Source: Rhynchobatus australiae
Lineage: Eukaryota
Length of the DNA stretch: 64,000 nt
Assembly (NCBI GenBank): GCA_034780895.1
Contig: JAUZTB010000065.1
Coordinates: forward strand, 20,932,864 to 20,996,863
Direction: 5' to 3'
A program made the position numbers and the translations under genes. Shown one piece after another: positions 1 through 13,242 of the stretch; position 1 is the first letter of the stretch, and the number at the start of each line of letters is the position of its first letter. Below the pieces are notes generated by a model. That model did no database searches, was not told the DNA's origin, and was given only the letters and a program-made list of their open reading frames with translations.

Positions 1-4
1 TCAG

Positions 5-229
5 CTAGGAGGAGATGTAACCAATCCTCACTGATTGAGATCTGCTGATGAGGAAGTTGAGTATCCAGTTGTAGAGGGAGGTACAGAGGGCTTGAAGCCT
101 GATGATGAGTTTGGATGGGATAATTGTGTTAAACGTTGAGCTGTAGTCGATGAACAGCAGCCTGTCATCTGAGTTCCTTTGTCCAGATGGTCCGGAACAG
201 AGTGAAGAGCCAGAGAAATCGCATTTCAT
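5..229 (-). mobile_element. Non-LTR retrotransposon reverse-transcriptase fragment (Rex1/Babar- or L2-clade)
   Basis: ORF contains [19 protein letters not shown]...[19 protein letters not shown], a typical Rex1/Babar-type RT motif. Confidence 0.8.
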
Positions 230-3200
230 GGAAACAAAATTTTATTCTAACCATCCATAACCAGATACTGATATATTTAATCACATTTATAAAGCAATAA
301 ATCACACAGGTCATAGTTTATTTACAGTTGGTTAAATTTAAACTGTTCAGAACTTTACAAACTAAATTACATTTTAATTATTAGAACACTAAATACCAGA
401 TCCCTTGCATTTTCTGCTCTCTTCCATCACTGTGCCCCTCACTGAATCTCTGATCTCTGCCACTTGTTCCAGCTCCCGATGGCCATTCAAAAATTAACAA
501 TGGAAAACTTCAATGTCCTGCAGGGCTCTCTGAGACAGATCAAGGTCTGTGCAATATGTTTTGACTGCACTTGAGCCTTCACTTAATTGGACCATCGAAG
601 TGAAAGTTTCTGACATGACAAGCATTGGGACTTCATGGAGTCGTGAAGTCAAGTGGCCAAGATACAAGCAAACTTGGCANNNNNNNNNNNNNNNNNNNNN
701 NNNNNNNNNNNNNNCACTTACCATGATTTAGAATGGCAGAGCACGTTTGAAGGGCCTTACATCTCATGTCAGCTTCTGTTTTGTTCTAATGCTCTTATGT
801 ATAATTTAGAATACAAATGTTTCTCCTTGACTCTTCTATCTTTCATTACTTACTTATTGCAACAAAGTGAAATTGCTTGAAGTTTGTTATTATAAACAAT
901 TCAAGTGGTATAGGTTCAAATTATGATCAGAGATGCTCAGATCAAGTTGAGGAGTTGCCAAGGTTCCTTTTCCATCGAACCCCTGGCCTATTACCATTTC
1001 AACAGTCCCTTCCTTCTGTCTTTGCTACACAGCCTGCTGTAGTTCTTCAGATATCGATTAGATAAATGCAAACTAAATAGACCAAGTATGGAGGCAATGT
1101 CCACGAAGCTGTTCAGTATAAGAAGACATGAACAATAACTTGGGTGCAGAGCTTTTTGATGGTGAATTTTCTAAGATTTAATGGGGCCTAAAGATTACTT
1201 CACCCCCCCCCCCGTGATATGTTTTATCTCTGCTGTAGAACTTCTGCTCCCATGACTTTCTAATTGAGAGGTACGTGTCATAGAGTTGTAGAGCCATGCA
1301 GCTGTACAACACAGGATTAGCCCTTCGGCCCACCACATGCATGCTGATCTTTTGGTCTATCTATATTAACCCCAGTAGCCCATATTAGGATCACAGCTTT
1401 CGATGCCTTAAAGTTGTATTGTTTGTGAAATTAAACTGATAGATGGGGAAGGGTTTGAATGATATTGTATTCCCCTCATTTGAATTGGTGACCCAGCTTA
1501 TTTGCTTCAAACCTTTGGAATGGGGTATGAATTTAGATGTGTTTGGTTGAAAGGCAAGACAGCAATCGTCCAAGCAAACCTGGCCCTTTCAGTCAATTAC
1601 ATTAGGCTTGAGGGTCAAAGGTTAGAAATAATGGTGGGAAATTTCTCCATCATACATAGAATGGTCAATATAAGAATCAGCTTATAGCCGGAGGCAATAG
1701 AGGTAGAAGTCAAATAATTTGCAATTTTGTAATGAAAGTAACTAGATTCATTCACAATAGCTGAGCTGAGGTAAACTAAATTACTCTTCAACCATATTTT
1801 GTGATGTTAATAGAAAGTCTGTTTTTCACAGCTGGCCAGGTTGTGATGGAAAGTTCATGCAAAATAACTGAGAGATCTCAATGCTCCACCTTTGAGTGAA
1901 CCAAGTCTTGTGCAATGGGCATTTCCAAATCGCAAGGGACAGATTTCTCTGTTATTCCACTTGGTGTATTGGATGCCACAGGCATAACATAATGAAGACA
2001 ATTAAACTGGGAAGATGAACTCTGTCAGTGGACCCAATCTCCTATTCAGCTTTAATGAACTAAAGTGTTTCCAATATTTTGAGCTCTCTAACCAGAGTGC
2101 TTGTTTCTTTTTAACTTTTTTTTACAAATGATTTTACAATTATTTACAAATGATTTTTACAAAATCATTGTTTTAAATGATTCAAAATGTACTTTTTAAA
2201 TCTGGCTCAACACTGTGCAAGACTACAAGTCATTACTGGGACCTGATTAAATTAAACTGTCACTTTGTTCATTCACATTCTGCAGCAACCTACAAATATC
2301 AACATGATGCACCCTTAGTTTCAATATACCAACAAAAGTCAAAAAGCAACTCTGTTTGATCTCACATTGTTGGCACCTCATTGGAACTGATGATATGCTC
2401 ATTGCCCGATTTGTAATTTAAAAGAAGCAACTTCCAAGTAATCCTAGTAAAGGTTTGTACAATATAGCAGATGAATTGCAGAGAGCATTTCTTTGCAGCT
2501 TATTTACAGTGGGGGTATTTCCAATCATCAGTCAGGTCTTTAGTTGGTGTTGGGGTGTTCATGTTGAATTCACATCATTGCTAAATTCATCCATATAGTG
2601 AGCAAAAGTTTTGGTTTGTGACTAATCAGTGATAAGGAAAGAGACTAATTGGAGATTATCTAACTAGAGGGTGGATGAAGATGAAACAAGCCAAAACACT
2701 CACTTAAACTTCTTTCATAACAATAACAGCCCTTTAAAAATAAAATACACACTGCCTTCTCAGATCAGCCATTTGATCTGTTTCATTAAACAAATCCAGT
2801 GACGTTAACCCTCAGGATGACGAGGGAAGGCAAGGCAAAACCAACCACCCGACCATGACACGAGAGTACTGGACAATATTATCACATGGGCTTCATCTGT
2901 ACCCCAACACTTAGTTCCCCAACAAAAGAAGACCTGGCTAAGGACAGCAGCATCATTTAGAGCGAGAGGTTGTTGGCCAATAGAAGAAATGGTTGGAATG
3001 GAGGTTTTGGGAAGGTTAAGTCATAAAAGGGGAATAGGGCAGGCCAGGACAGGAAACGTCTAGACTTTGCTTCTGGGAATTTTGCCTAGTGTGTTCAATT
3101 GTACTTTAATTTTGCATTCAGATTTCTACAACTACCATAGATTCCCAATTTGCAGAGCTGGCTTATGCCTGCTTCAGGTGGTCACTTGGATGGCTAAAAA

Positions 3201-4632
3201 ATTCACCTAAATCAGCATGGCACCTGGTACAATTCTGGCTTAGTTTGGACCTGGCAGACTACATTGTTTCATGGAAACCTAACATTGACTTTACTTTGAG
3301 AAGAATGGGTGGTTGTGATTTGAATTCCTTCCCTGTTGACTCATGCTTGGACACATTTCTTAAATACAGTGCTATATCTTACCTGAGTAGTTAATCTTCA
3401 GATGCAAATAAACAGAACATTTTAGCAGGTTATTTAGCCAATCTATAAGAAGGTATTATCTTCAATATTTAGTTTTAAATAACAGTCTCAGGTTTTGCAT
3501 TTTGGAATGTTTTTTTGCTTCTCTGCTGAAACGAGATTTGTGGGCTAACTGAAGCATAATTGTTGGTTTTCAACTTAACAGCACTGGGTCACTATGTCTG
3601 ATGAATTCACCCTGCAATAATCAAAATGGCAGATCGAGTGATTTAAGGTGTGACCTATTTCTTGTTTATTTTTACAAGAGCAGCTGCCACAGTAAGGCAG
3701 ACACTGCCACGAGATGTATGACTTAAATCAGTAAAAAGAAAAGGATAATGTTTGAACTCTGGGACCTCACTAGCATCACAGTTCTGCTCCTTCTAAAAAC
3801 AAAGATCTGACTAAATTTACTGTTCTCAGCCTATTTCATTCAGAAACTTGGTGCAGACCAAGGAGTATGTACATGTTAAGAGGTCACTCTTAATAACCTT
3901 TCTTGAAATGCTAATTTTCACAGACTGCTAACTGGAGGCTTAGCAAGAAGAGGGAGAAAGATCTTTACAAACCTTTGACAAAGGAAAGGAAGCAGAGCCA
4001 TCTGTTCTCAAAGTTTAAAGGTAGTCAGCAACAGAGCCATGGGGCCACGTTCCAGCTACTTTGGAATAGGCTGATCAGAATAACAAAATGCTGCAAACAC
4101 TGCAAAATAAAATTAAATCATCAAACAAAAAGAATGAATTGTATTTATGTAGGACCTTTAACTTAACAATGTCCCAAGGTATTTTACAAGAGGGTTCCCA
4201 AACAAATTTTGGCATCAAGCCACATATGAGGAGATGTTAGTGTAGGTGACTAAAAGTCTGAGCAAAGAGCATCTTAGAAGAGGTAAGAGGGTTGGAGAGT
4301 TAGACAGGTTTGATGATAGGCTGGTGGCTGAAGCAAGACGGCTAACGTTGGAACGTTTAGGTGTGGTCCAATGAAGTAGTGATAAAATGTAGCCACTAAC
4401 ATAGTGTGAGGAATATATTAAATACTTTGTGTAATGTGATTAAGACCAGATATTCTAAGATTTTATTAAGAGATAAATTTTGGAAAAGGCATCAGGGTTA
4501 ACTCCACGAATCTTCACATGAGTTCGTTGGGATCTTTCACAATTAGTCCCCCAGGATTTTCCACAATGACGGCTCATGAGAAAGACTTTATACTCATTTT
4601 GAGGATGTTAAGATCAAAAACCAGCATTTCAC

Positions 4633-4869
4633 TGTGGCGACTTAACTTTCACGAACCGGCTCCCACGATCGCGAGCGTCGTTGGAGGCCCCAACACAAGA
4701 TGGTGCGGGGCACTCCTTCTTTGTTGGGCTAGTGGAGCCTGCACGCGGGAAGGTCACGTGACCTGCGTGTGACGTCAGCGCAAGAACTGTGTTTATTAAA
4801 GGGGCAGCGCAGCCCAGTCGTTCATTCGACTCTTGGACTCCAAACAAGTGTCTCGTGTCTTTATTCAGT
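4633..4869 (+). mobile_element. Probable LTR (U3-R-like), 3' part hidden in the gap
   Basis: Abrupt CpG-rich block starting TGTGGCGAC in CpG-poor DNA. Contains E-box and CRE palindromes and a TATA-like TTTATTAAA. AATAAA and ...CATAACA follow the gap at about 5060-5123. Confidence 0.55.
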
Positions 4870-5374
4870 NNNNNNNNNNNNNNNNNNNNNNNNNNNNNNN
4901 NNNNNNNNNNNNNNNNNNNNNNNNNNNNNNNNNNNNNNNNNNNNNNNNNNNNNNNNNNNNNNNNNNNNNNNNNNNNNNNNNNNNNNNNNNNNNNNNNNNN
5001 NNNNNNNNNNNNNNNNNNNNNNNNNNNNNNNNNNNNNNNNNNNNNNATAAGTAGTTATTAATAAAGTAGTTTTTAACACTTATACATGTCTTGGTGTGTT
5101 TCTGTTGTTGCTGGTACATAACATTAGAGTAGACTGCAAGCTGATTAACTGGCTACCTTTAAAGGGATCAATTCATAAAATTGCTATAAACACATTTATG
5201 TCCATTTATTATTTCACCAGGAGAAATAAACCAGGACAAGGAAGCTGCTACAATGCTTGACTTTGATGTTCATTGGTGACCAGTTGCTTTCAAATGATTT
5301 CCAAATTTCAAATGCTCTTGATCACCTATCACAGGCTTTGAGTAACACCTCCATTCTTTTCATTGCTCTTCACA

Positions 5375-5710
5375 AGAAGACAGAGCAGGAGTGGGCCACA
5401 TGGCTCTTTGACCTGTCTACCATTCAATAAAAGCATGGCTGATCTGATTTTGGCCTCAGTTCCATAACTCCTTACTCCTCTATTGTCCAATAATACGTAC
5501 GTATACCTTCCTAAGTTTTGAATATATTCAATGAGTCAGTTGTCACAGCTCTCTGAAGACAAGAAGTCTCAAGATTTCTGGGTCTTTGAGGGAATAAAAT
5601 CCTCCTAATCTCTGTTTTAAATGGGTGGCCCCTCATTCTAAAACCATGTCCTCTAGTTCCAGATTCTTCTTGAGGGGAAAACACCCTCGCAGCATCTAAG
5701 GCATCAGGGC
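5375..5710 (-). mobile_element. CR1-clade LINE 3' fragment
   Basis: Minus-strand ORF has ESGTRGHGFRMRGHPFKTEIRR..F.QR, the CR1 ORF2 C-terminal motif. Confidence 0.8.
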
Positions 5711-6919
5711 CAAGGTTGAAAATAATCCTCCCCTTCCCCCACTGGGTTAGATACAGCAAATTTTAAAATAAGGTAATGAAGTGCATCTTGCCACATTGAG
5801 ACTCATAATTATTATGTTGCGATGCAAACACAAGTTTCAACCAGAGTAGTTATTAAGGGTGAACATTTAGCCAAATGCACAAAGTAGGTGCAGCCAAATT
5901 AGGCAGGAATTCAGGAGCAGCCTCAAACTTTCAGTTTTTACAAGTTCTTCACTTGTTTTGTTTGGGAATATCTACATGTAGCATTAAACAACATGGAGAC
6001 AAAAGTGTTGTGGATGCTACAGATCTGAAGTAAAAAAACAAAAATACAGGGAATACACAGCAGGTTAGCCAGCATACTTGGTGAGTTCACATTTCATGCT
6101 GATCATNNNNNNNNNNNNNNNNNNNNNNNNNNNNNNNNNNNNNNNNNNNNNNNNNNNNNNNNNNNNNNNNNNNNNNNNNNNNNNNNNNNNNNNNNNNNNN
6201 NNNNNNGTTCACATTTCATGCTGATCATTCACCAGGACAGAATATTGACAGAAGCACAATTATGTTAACAAATGGATGTGATTTTCATCCTTGCAAAGGA
6301 CATGAATAGGAGATTGAACAAATGAATTAAAATGCAGTAAACAAAGCAAGGTAATATTCTGGAAGCAGTATGTTAGTCACCAACTGTTGAACTGTAGTCT
6401 GCTCTGAAGAAATAGTTTGTATACATCGCAATGAGTGAATGCATCTGTTGCTAAGGATGCCTTATTCTGTTCCATATTGTGAATGTCTGTATTGTGTTAA
6501 AAAATTGTAATCAGGCTCCACCTCCATGCTAATAAAAGATTGAACATCAATGTGTGTGGTGAGTTTTGGCAGTGCTCTTAGTAACATGTTCGTAAACCTA
6601 ATCAAGGATTTTTATTAAACTTTGTGGCTACAACCTACAGCTGTTCCATCACCTGTACAGATATATTTTGTTGCATAAAGTAGTTGATAGGTTTAATATT
6701 AAATGTAATGTATGCCCTGGGAAAATGTATTTGGATGTTTGTGGTAGTACTTGGGCTTACTTTCCAGACAGTGGAATGGTCTGCAATAATCTGTGTGGGC
6801 ATTTGTCTATGTATGGGATTATATAGGAAACATGTAGCAGGCATCCTAAATTAGGTATCTAGGACCTTAAATATTGTTAATTATAGGTCTAATGCCTGTT
6901 TAAAGACGTCTTAGAAAGT

Positions 6920-8135
6920 GGTCATTATCGGATTGGCAGTCAACAAGCGGTGGGATGTTTTAGGAACCAGGGCACTTCACTAGTGGCATGTAAGACTGGG
7001 ATGTAACCAACTTTGTTAATGATATAAAGGTAAGTGGGTGAGCAAGTTGTAAGTAGGATGCCAAGACCCTGCAAAGAGATATAGATAGGTTAAGAGAGTG
7101 GGTGAGAAGTTTGAGATGGAATATAACATGGCAAGTGTAAAATTATCCACTTTCGAAGGAAATATAAAAAAGTGAAAAACATGGTGATGGTGGATGAATT
7201 CAGCAGGCCAGGCAGCATCAGTAGAGAAAAGCAGGCGATCAATGTTTCGGGTCAGGAATCTTCTTCAGGACTGAAGATAGGAAAAAGGGAAGCCCAATAT
7301 ATAGGAGGGAAAAGCAGAGCAGTGACAGGTGGACAAAAGAGGGCAGGCGGGTTGGCCACAGGGTGGCAATGGGTGGATGCAGATAAGAGACAGTTACAGG
7401 CAGGTGCAGGGGAGGAGGGGAGAACAGATCCACCAGGGTATGGGTAAAAGGTAAGAGGAAAAAAAGGCTAGGAAAGGGAAGAAGAGAAGGATCATGGTGG
7501 GGGGTAGTGTGTTTGTGGGGAAGGGGGGTTGGGATTACCTAAAGTGGGAGAATTCATGAGAATAATGAGAATAGAGTCATGGAGTATAAAAGTAGAGTAA
7601 GTTTGGGGAAACTTTACAGGCACTGATGAGACCACATCTACAGGACCGTCTACTGTTTTGGTTTCCGTTTTGAGGGAAGAATTTGCATTAGGATAATGCA
7701 GAGAACGTTTATTAAGTGGATTATTTATTATTTATTAACTCTTCCCTCTCTCAGTCTTAAATATGCACCACATTTAAGATGAGAAGTGATCTTCCATAAA
7801 CATAAAAGATCCAGATAGGGATTGAAAGGGTGAATGCTGAGAGGAATTTTCCCAGTGGGGATGTCTAGAATTAGGGGACATAGTTTCAGAATAAGGGGTC
7901 ATCCATTTAAGACAGAGGTGAAGAGAAATAGTTTTTCTCAGAGGTGTGTGACTGTTTGGAGTTCTCTCCTTCAGAGAGCTGAACAGGCTGAGTCATAGAA
8001 CATACTCATGGTGGAGACTGACCGGTTGAAAAACGAGGAGGTCAAGAGGTTTGGAGAGAGAGCAGGAAAGTGGTGTAGAGCCAAAGACTGAATCAGCAAT
8101 GGTCTTACTGAATGGTGGAGGAGCAGGCTTATGAA
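6920..8135 (+). mobile_element. Decayed CR1 LINE interrupted by a Penelope-like fragment at about 7172-7555
   Basis: CR1 RT-like and C-terminal (GHSFRIRGHPFKTE) segments flank an insert carrying cagcaggccaggcagcatc...tgtttcgggtcagga...cttcaggactg, a common elasmobranch Penelope-type terminus. Confidence 0.7.
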
Positions 8136-8710
8136 GAGGCCAGTGTCCTTGCCTGTCCGGGTCAGGCTTCTTCGATGGTCCCTGTTATCTTTGATGAAAG
8201 GAAAATTTAATTTTTCAATGACCTATCCTGTAGAATTGGGAAAAACAAACACACCACTACACATTACATCCTCCCTGCTAATGCTCCCAGTCTTGTCATC
8301 TGAACAGCTGTCTCTCCAAACACACTTAAAGGCTGTTGTCAGAGCTCTGAAATTGTCTGTTCCTGTGGTGAAAGCTGCTTGTTAAGTAACTCATTTTAAC
8401 TGTGCCACTTTAGAGGTTAAACTATTAGAAGGGATCACATCATGTCAGAAGATGCAGAATGAAGGAGCTGAAGGAAATCAATTCATTGACAGAATTTAAT
8501 GAAATTAATCATGTGCAGAAACAAAACAGATCCACATGTAGAGAGGTTCATTAAAATTATTAGGCTCAATTTCATTTCCTTTGCTTCCCCTTGGATAATA
8601 AATAGAGGATAATAGGTGGATAATAAATCAAGTCTGAATTATTGTTGTGGAACTAAGTTTTGTTCACTGTGGCCCTGGAACCACCTTCCCCCTCTTCCCA
8701 CATCCCACTA

Positions 8711-9085
8711 GGTGGAAGAGTGGTGCAGCTAGTAGTGTTGTTTCCTCATAATTCCAGTGACTCAGGTTCAATCTCGACCTCTGATGTCATCTGTGAGGAT
8801 TTCTTCCTGCGACGGCATGAGTTTACTTCGAGTTCTTTAGCTTCCTCCTACGTTCCAAAGACACGCGGGTCACTGTGGTAATTGGCCTCTGCAAATTGCC
8901 CCTCGTGTGTAAGTGTAGGTGATTGGTAGAATCTCGGGAGATGGGCGTGGGGGGAGGTGATAGGAATGTTAGGAGAATAAAGCGGGATTGGTGCAGTATT
9001 CGTGTAAATTAGTGCTTGATGTTCAGCATGGTGGGCTGAAGGGCCTGTTTCCATGCTGTATGACTCTGTAACTCTGTGACTCTGA
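8711..9085 (+). mobile_element. tRNA-derived V-SINE (HE1-like) with CR1/HER1-derived tail
   Basis: A box TGGTGCAGCTAG, B box GGTTCAATC, V-domain-like ttcctcctacgttccaaagac, tail gggctgaagggcctgtttccatgctgtat followed by (gactctgt)-like repeats. Confidence 0.8.
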
Positions 9086-9149
9086 CACATGTCTCCCTTA
9101 ATAACAGATCTGACCGGTTATCCTACCCCAAACATCACACTGGTTTAAC

Positions 9150-9205
9150 AACACACACAACGTGCTGGAGGAACTCAGCAGGTCAGGCAGCATCTATGGA
9201 GGGAA
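9150..9205. mobile_element. Penelope-like terminal fragment running into a gap
   Basis: gctggaggaactcagcaggtcaggcagcatctatggaggga; related copies near 6000-6085, 7195, 37240-37340 (inverted) and 51830-51950. Confidence 0.6.
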
Positions 9206-12200
9206 NNNNNNNNNNNNNNNNNNNNNNNNNNNNNNNNNNNNNNNNNNNNNNNNNNNNNNNNNNNNNNNNNNNNNNNNNNNNNNNNNNNNNNNNNNNNNNN
9301 NNNNNNNNNNNNNNNNNNNNNNNNNNNNNNNNNNNNNNNNNNNNNNNNNNNNNNNNNNNNNNNNNNNNNNNNNNNNNNNNNNNNNNNNNNNNNNNNNNNN
9401 NNNNNNNNNNNNNNNNNNNNNNNNNNNNNNNNNNNNNNNNNNNNNNNNNNNNNNNNNNNNNNNNNNNNNNNNNNNNNNNNNNNNNNNNNNNNNNNNNNNN
9501 NNNNNNNNNNNNNNNNNNNNNNNNNNNNNNNNNNNNNNNNNNNNNNNNNNNAACAGCATTTTTCTGAAATTCCTGCTGCACATTGACCTGCTCTGTTTTG
9601 GCCAATTTTATCCCTGGATTGGGCTTCTGAAAAGTCAAAATCTACTCTATTGCATGCATAATTTCTCAGTTGAAGTGGTAGCTTTGAGCCTATTTACTTC
9701 CACTGTCATCAATAATTAGTAGATAATTTGTATTTTTACAATCCCTGAACCACTTATAAAATGTTTAGAACTTCAAAAGAAGTAGCCTGCATCAGCTGAC
9801 ACCTTGCTTAAAAGCATGATTTACTAAATATGCATTTAGAATATTCTGCTTTCAGTTGAAGTTGATTTACTATTCCCTTTCCACTTTGATGCCTTTGAAT
9901 AGATGATTGTACTGTGTACAATGAGTATGGTTCACAATGTTTCCGGCTGGGTAGGGAACCGAGGACTAATTAAGACACAAAATGTAGCCAAATTTCTTAA
10001 TCAGCATGAGGTCCCTATCTCCATATTAAAAACTATACTGGAAAGTTTTACATATAATTGGACAAATAAATAATTATCACAATGAAATTATTTGCATCAG
10101 GTTTTTCCTCTACAAAGATAAATCAATTATTGTGACAAAATGTCAGGCTATTCTGGATTTTTTTAGATTTTACTTATAGTAGTACGTCATTTGATTGCTG
10201 GCTGTTGTGGCAATTGTTTGTGTCAGAACAGATACAGGGCTGTAGTGTTTAGCTGCCTCAGCTTCTAGAATGCAAGTATTTAATATGCTTTGATGTCATC
10301 CACCTCTGTCCACTTCCCTGGCTCACTGCATCATTTTGACTGTAAAAATACAGTGGCATTACACTTAAGTAATGGTGCAGTATTAGATTTCTGAAGGTCA
10401 GCTAGAATGGTCAGTGCCTGACGGCACCTCAGTGATCTCTGGATCAAACTACATGCCACATTTTGTGAATCTTCAATGCAGAAATATTATACAAAAGAGC
10501 AGAAATTTCCACAGCTTTCAATATTAATCCAGAGATCAGTATAGTTATTCTTGCATCCAACTCTACCTCACAACACACAGAGGGAAACCTTTCAGTAATC
10601 TTGCTGGATGTCATTCTTTTTTATTGTACAAATTTTAAAGGGGAAAATTCTCTCACTAGGGGATTTAGGTGCTGCTTGAAGGATCTCATTCAATCAGTAA
10701 GTTGTGTTTCTTGTGGAACAGAAGATTTTCAGTAACGCGGAGGGACATCTTTCCTGGCACTGTCTCATGCAGGGATACATTTCTGACAAGTTGTAGAATG
10801 TTAATGAAGTGATTCAACGCTGTTGACCTTGGGGTTGTTGTTCTTCAATAGTAAGTATACACAATTTTGCATGCACAGCAACACATACTGGAGATCCCTT
10901 CCCCCTCTTCTGGGACACGGTACATTCCAGAGACAGATGTCCTTAGTGGCAAACCAGTTGGGATGCAGCACATGAACAACTGTGCATTACAATGTCTTGA
11001 CTCAGTGATGTGACTGCTTTGCTCCCCTTCACTAAACTTACATAAATTGATGGCAACCTTCAACTAATTTCCTTAGTGTGTCAGGTAAGTGCTGCCAAAT
11101 GTACTGAAGAGTACTGAAGTCTTTCCACGGTAAGATTTACTTGCCTGTAAAGAAAGTGCTTTTAGCTGGTAGTCAGATAAAAGAGAAATTGAACCTATAA
11201 TAATGTCTGCTTGACAGAGGAGATCTGATTCTTTTATAACATTAACTGCAAACATTGTACCTATATTTTCAAGCAATAACAGGCTAGTTTAAATTTCTGT
11301 GAAAAGTTTCAGTTAGAAAAGATATTTCAGTGTTTCTTCAAATAAAAGTAATGTTCAGTTATTGACTAGCTATTCAAAGTTTTGTACAAGTACAATGCCC
11401 TTTTGTCTTTTTCATTTACTGCTTATTATGGGTGATGGGCTGGCTGAAATTTGGCTTGGCAGAGCTTCATTGCAACTGGAAGTAATGTCAGTAGACCTGA
11501 CCTTAGAAAAGCCCTGAAGATAAGTCAGTTTGTGCATGATATCAGTTGATCGCTTAGTGGGTGCAATGCACATGGAGAGGTGAGGTAAAGAAGATCAGTT
11601 TTTCCTTAACCCCAGGTGAAATACTTAGAATCTGTAAGTTCATGGAATTTCGTACTTTCACAGTGATCCTTTAATACTGATATGTGAGTCAAAACAGTTT
11701 GGTTATTGAATCTGCAACTGGTTCCTCTAGTCAGCATCTTGACTACAAGGTTGCTTCTTTANNNNNNNTCCTTATTAGCTTCTTTAAGCATTTTCTTTAT
11801 CATGTTTCCGTATTGTTAGTCCACATGATACAATTCTATTTTCTTTCTGATATACTTTTTTGAATCATTTATTTTTCCTGTATTTATTCCAGTTTTCTAT
11901 TTCTTCCACCTGCTTCTGTAACTTCTGACTTTCACCAGCAATCACTTCAAGCATGTTCCACCCATAGGTGCCTCACATTCTCCTAAGTAAATCCAGAAGA
12001 CGTTAGCAAATTTGTCAGAAAGATCCTAACATAACAAGAACATTCCAGTTGTGTGTAATCAAAGTTACTGGATGTTTGACAAAGTATGTGAACAGTAGAA
12101 CACTGAACTGATGCTTTTCCCACCAGCTCAGAAATTCTGGAGTACATTATGTCCAGCTCAGCTGGACCAGTAATCCAACAAACTAATAGTTCATTTTCAG

Positions 12201-12325
12201 CAGGACATCGCTCTTTCCAGTCCTGCCATTCAGTTTATGTGACTTTCTGTCTTGTTTTTATAGCCCAGTTGCTCCAACATTCTCTTTTAAATGTAAGAGA
12301 GTCTAGAAAAGATTTATGAGGATGT

Positions 12326-12789
12326 TCAAGGTTCAAGGTTCAAGATTTACTTTATTGTCATTTCTTTGAGAATGTACATACACAAAAAAATGAAATACTG
12401 NNNNNNNNNNNNNNNNNNNNNNNNNNNNNNNNNNNNNNNNNNNNNNNNNNNNNNNNNNNNNNNNNNNNNNNNNNNNNNNNNNNNNNNNNNNNNNNNNNNN
12501 ACTATCTAAAATAATCTATAAAAACATCTCTAAAACAAAGCTAAAATCATACCAACACCACATATTCATATCTATTAAAGTGTGTTTATGTATTAATAAG
12601 TGCTTATTCAGTTAGAGGTGAAGTTCAAATTATCAGGTAACTAACTACCAAACTGTTTCTGTATGTACGTGTCTGTGGAAGGAGAATTTGTCGGTGGAAG
12701 TGGAAGGGGACACAGTCTATTTATGATCCTGACTGCTTGTGGGAAAAAGCTGTTCAGCATCCTGCTAGATCTAGAGCAGATGCTCCTAT
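12326..12789 (-). mobile_element. 3' end of a Rex/L2-type LINE with (CAAGGTT)n tail, inserted into a CR1
   Basis: Tandem caaggttcaaggttcaag then tttattgtcat at the left edge. CR1 sequence stops at about 12325 (agatttatgaggatgtt) and resumes at about 12790. Confidence 0.55.
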
Positions 12790-13242
12790 TCCCAGCACGG
12801 GTGGGTTTGGGTTGTAAGGACAGGCAGGATAAGCTAAGACCTTTTTTCCCTGGAGTGCAGGAGGCTGAGGGGTGACTTTATTGAGGTTTATAAAAACATA
12901 AGGGGCGTAGATAAAATGAATAGCCAAAGTTTTTTTCCCCAGGATAGGGGAGTCCAGGACTAGAGGGCAAAGGTTTAAAGTGAGAGGGAAAAGATTTTAA
13001 GGAGACCTGAGGGGCAACGTTTTCACACAGAGGGTGGTGAGTAAATGGAATGAGCTGTCAGAGGAAGTAGTAGAGAGGGTACAATCACAACATCTAAAAG
13101 GCATTTGGACAGTTACATGGATAGGAAAGGTTTAGAGGGATAGGGGCCAAACACAGCAAATGGGGCTAGCTCGGTTAGGCAACGTGATCAGCACGGATGA
13201 GCTGGGCTAAAGGGTCTGTTTCCATCCTGTATGAATCTATGT
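12790..13242 (+). mobile_element. CR1/HER1-like LINE 3' end
   Basis: RRLRGDFIEVYK...SRTRGQRFKVRG...RGNVFTQRVV..WNEL motifs, with tail gggctaaagggtctgtttccatcctgtatgaatctatg. Confidence 0.85.

Noticed and set aside
2120-2195. Repeated acaaatgattttt units with partial inverted symmetry
   Set aside because: Short AT-rich low-complexity slippage repeat with no further structure.
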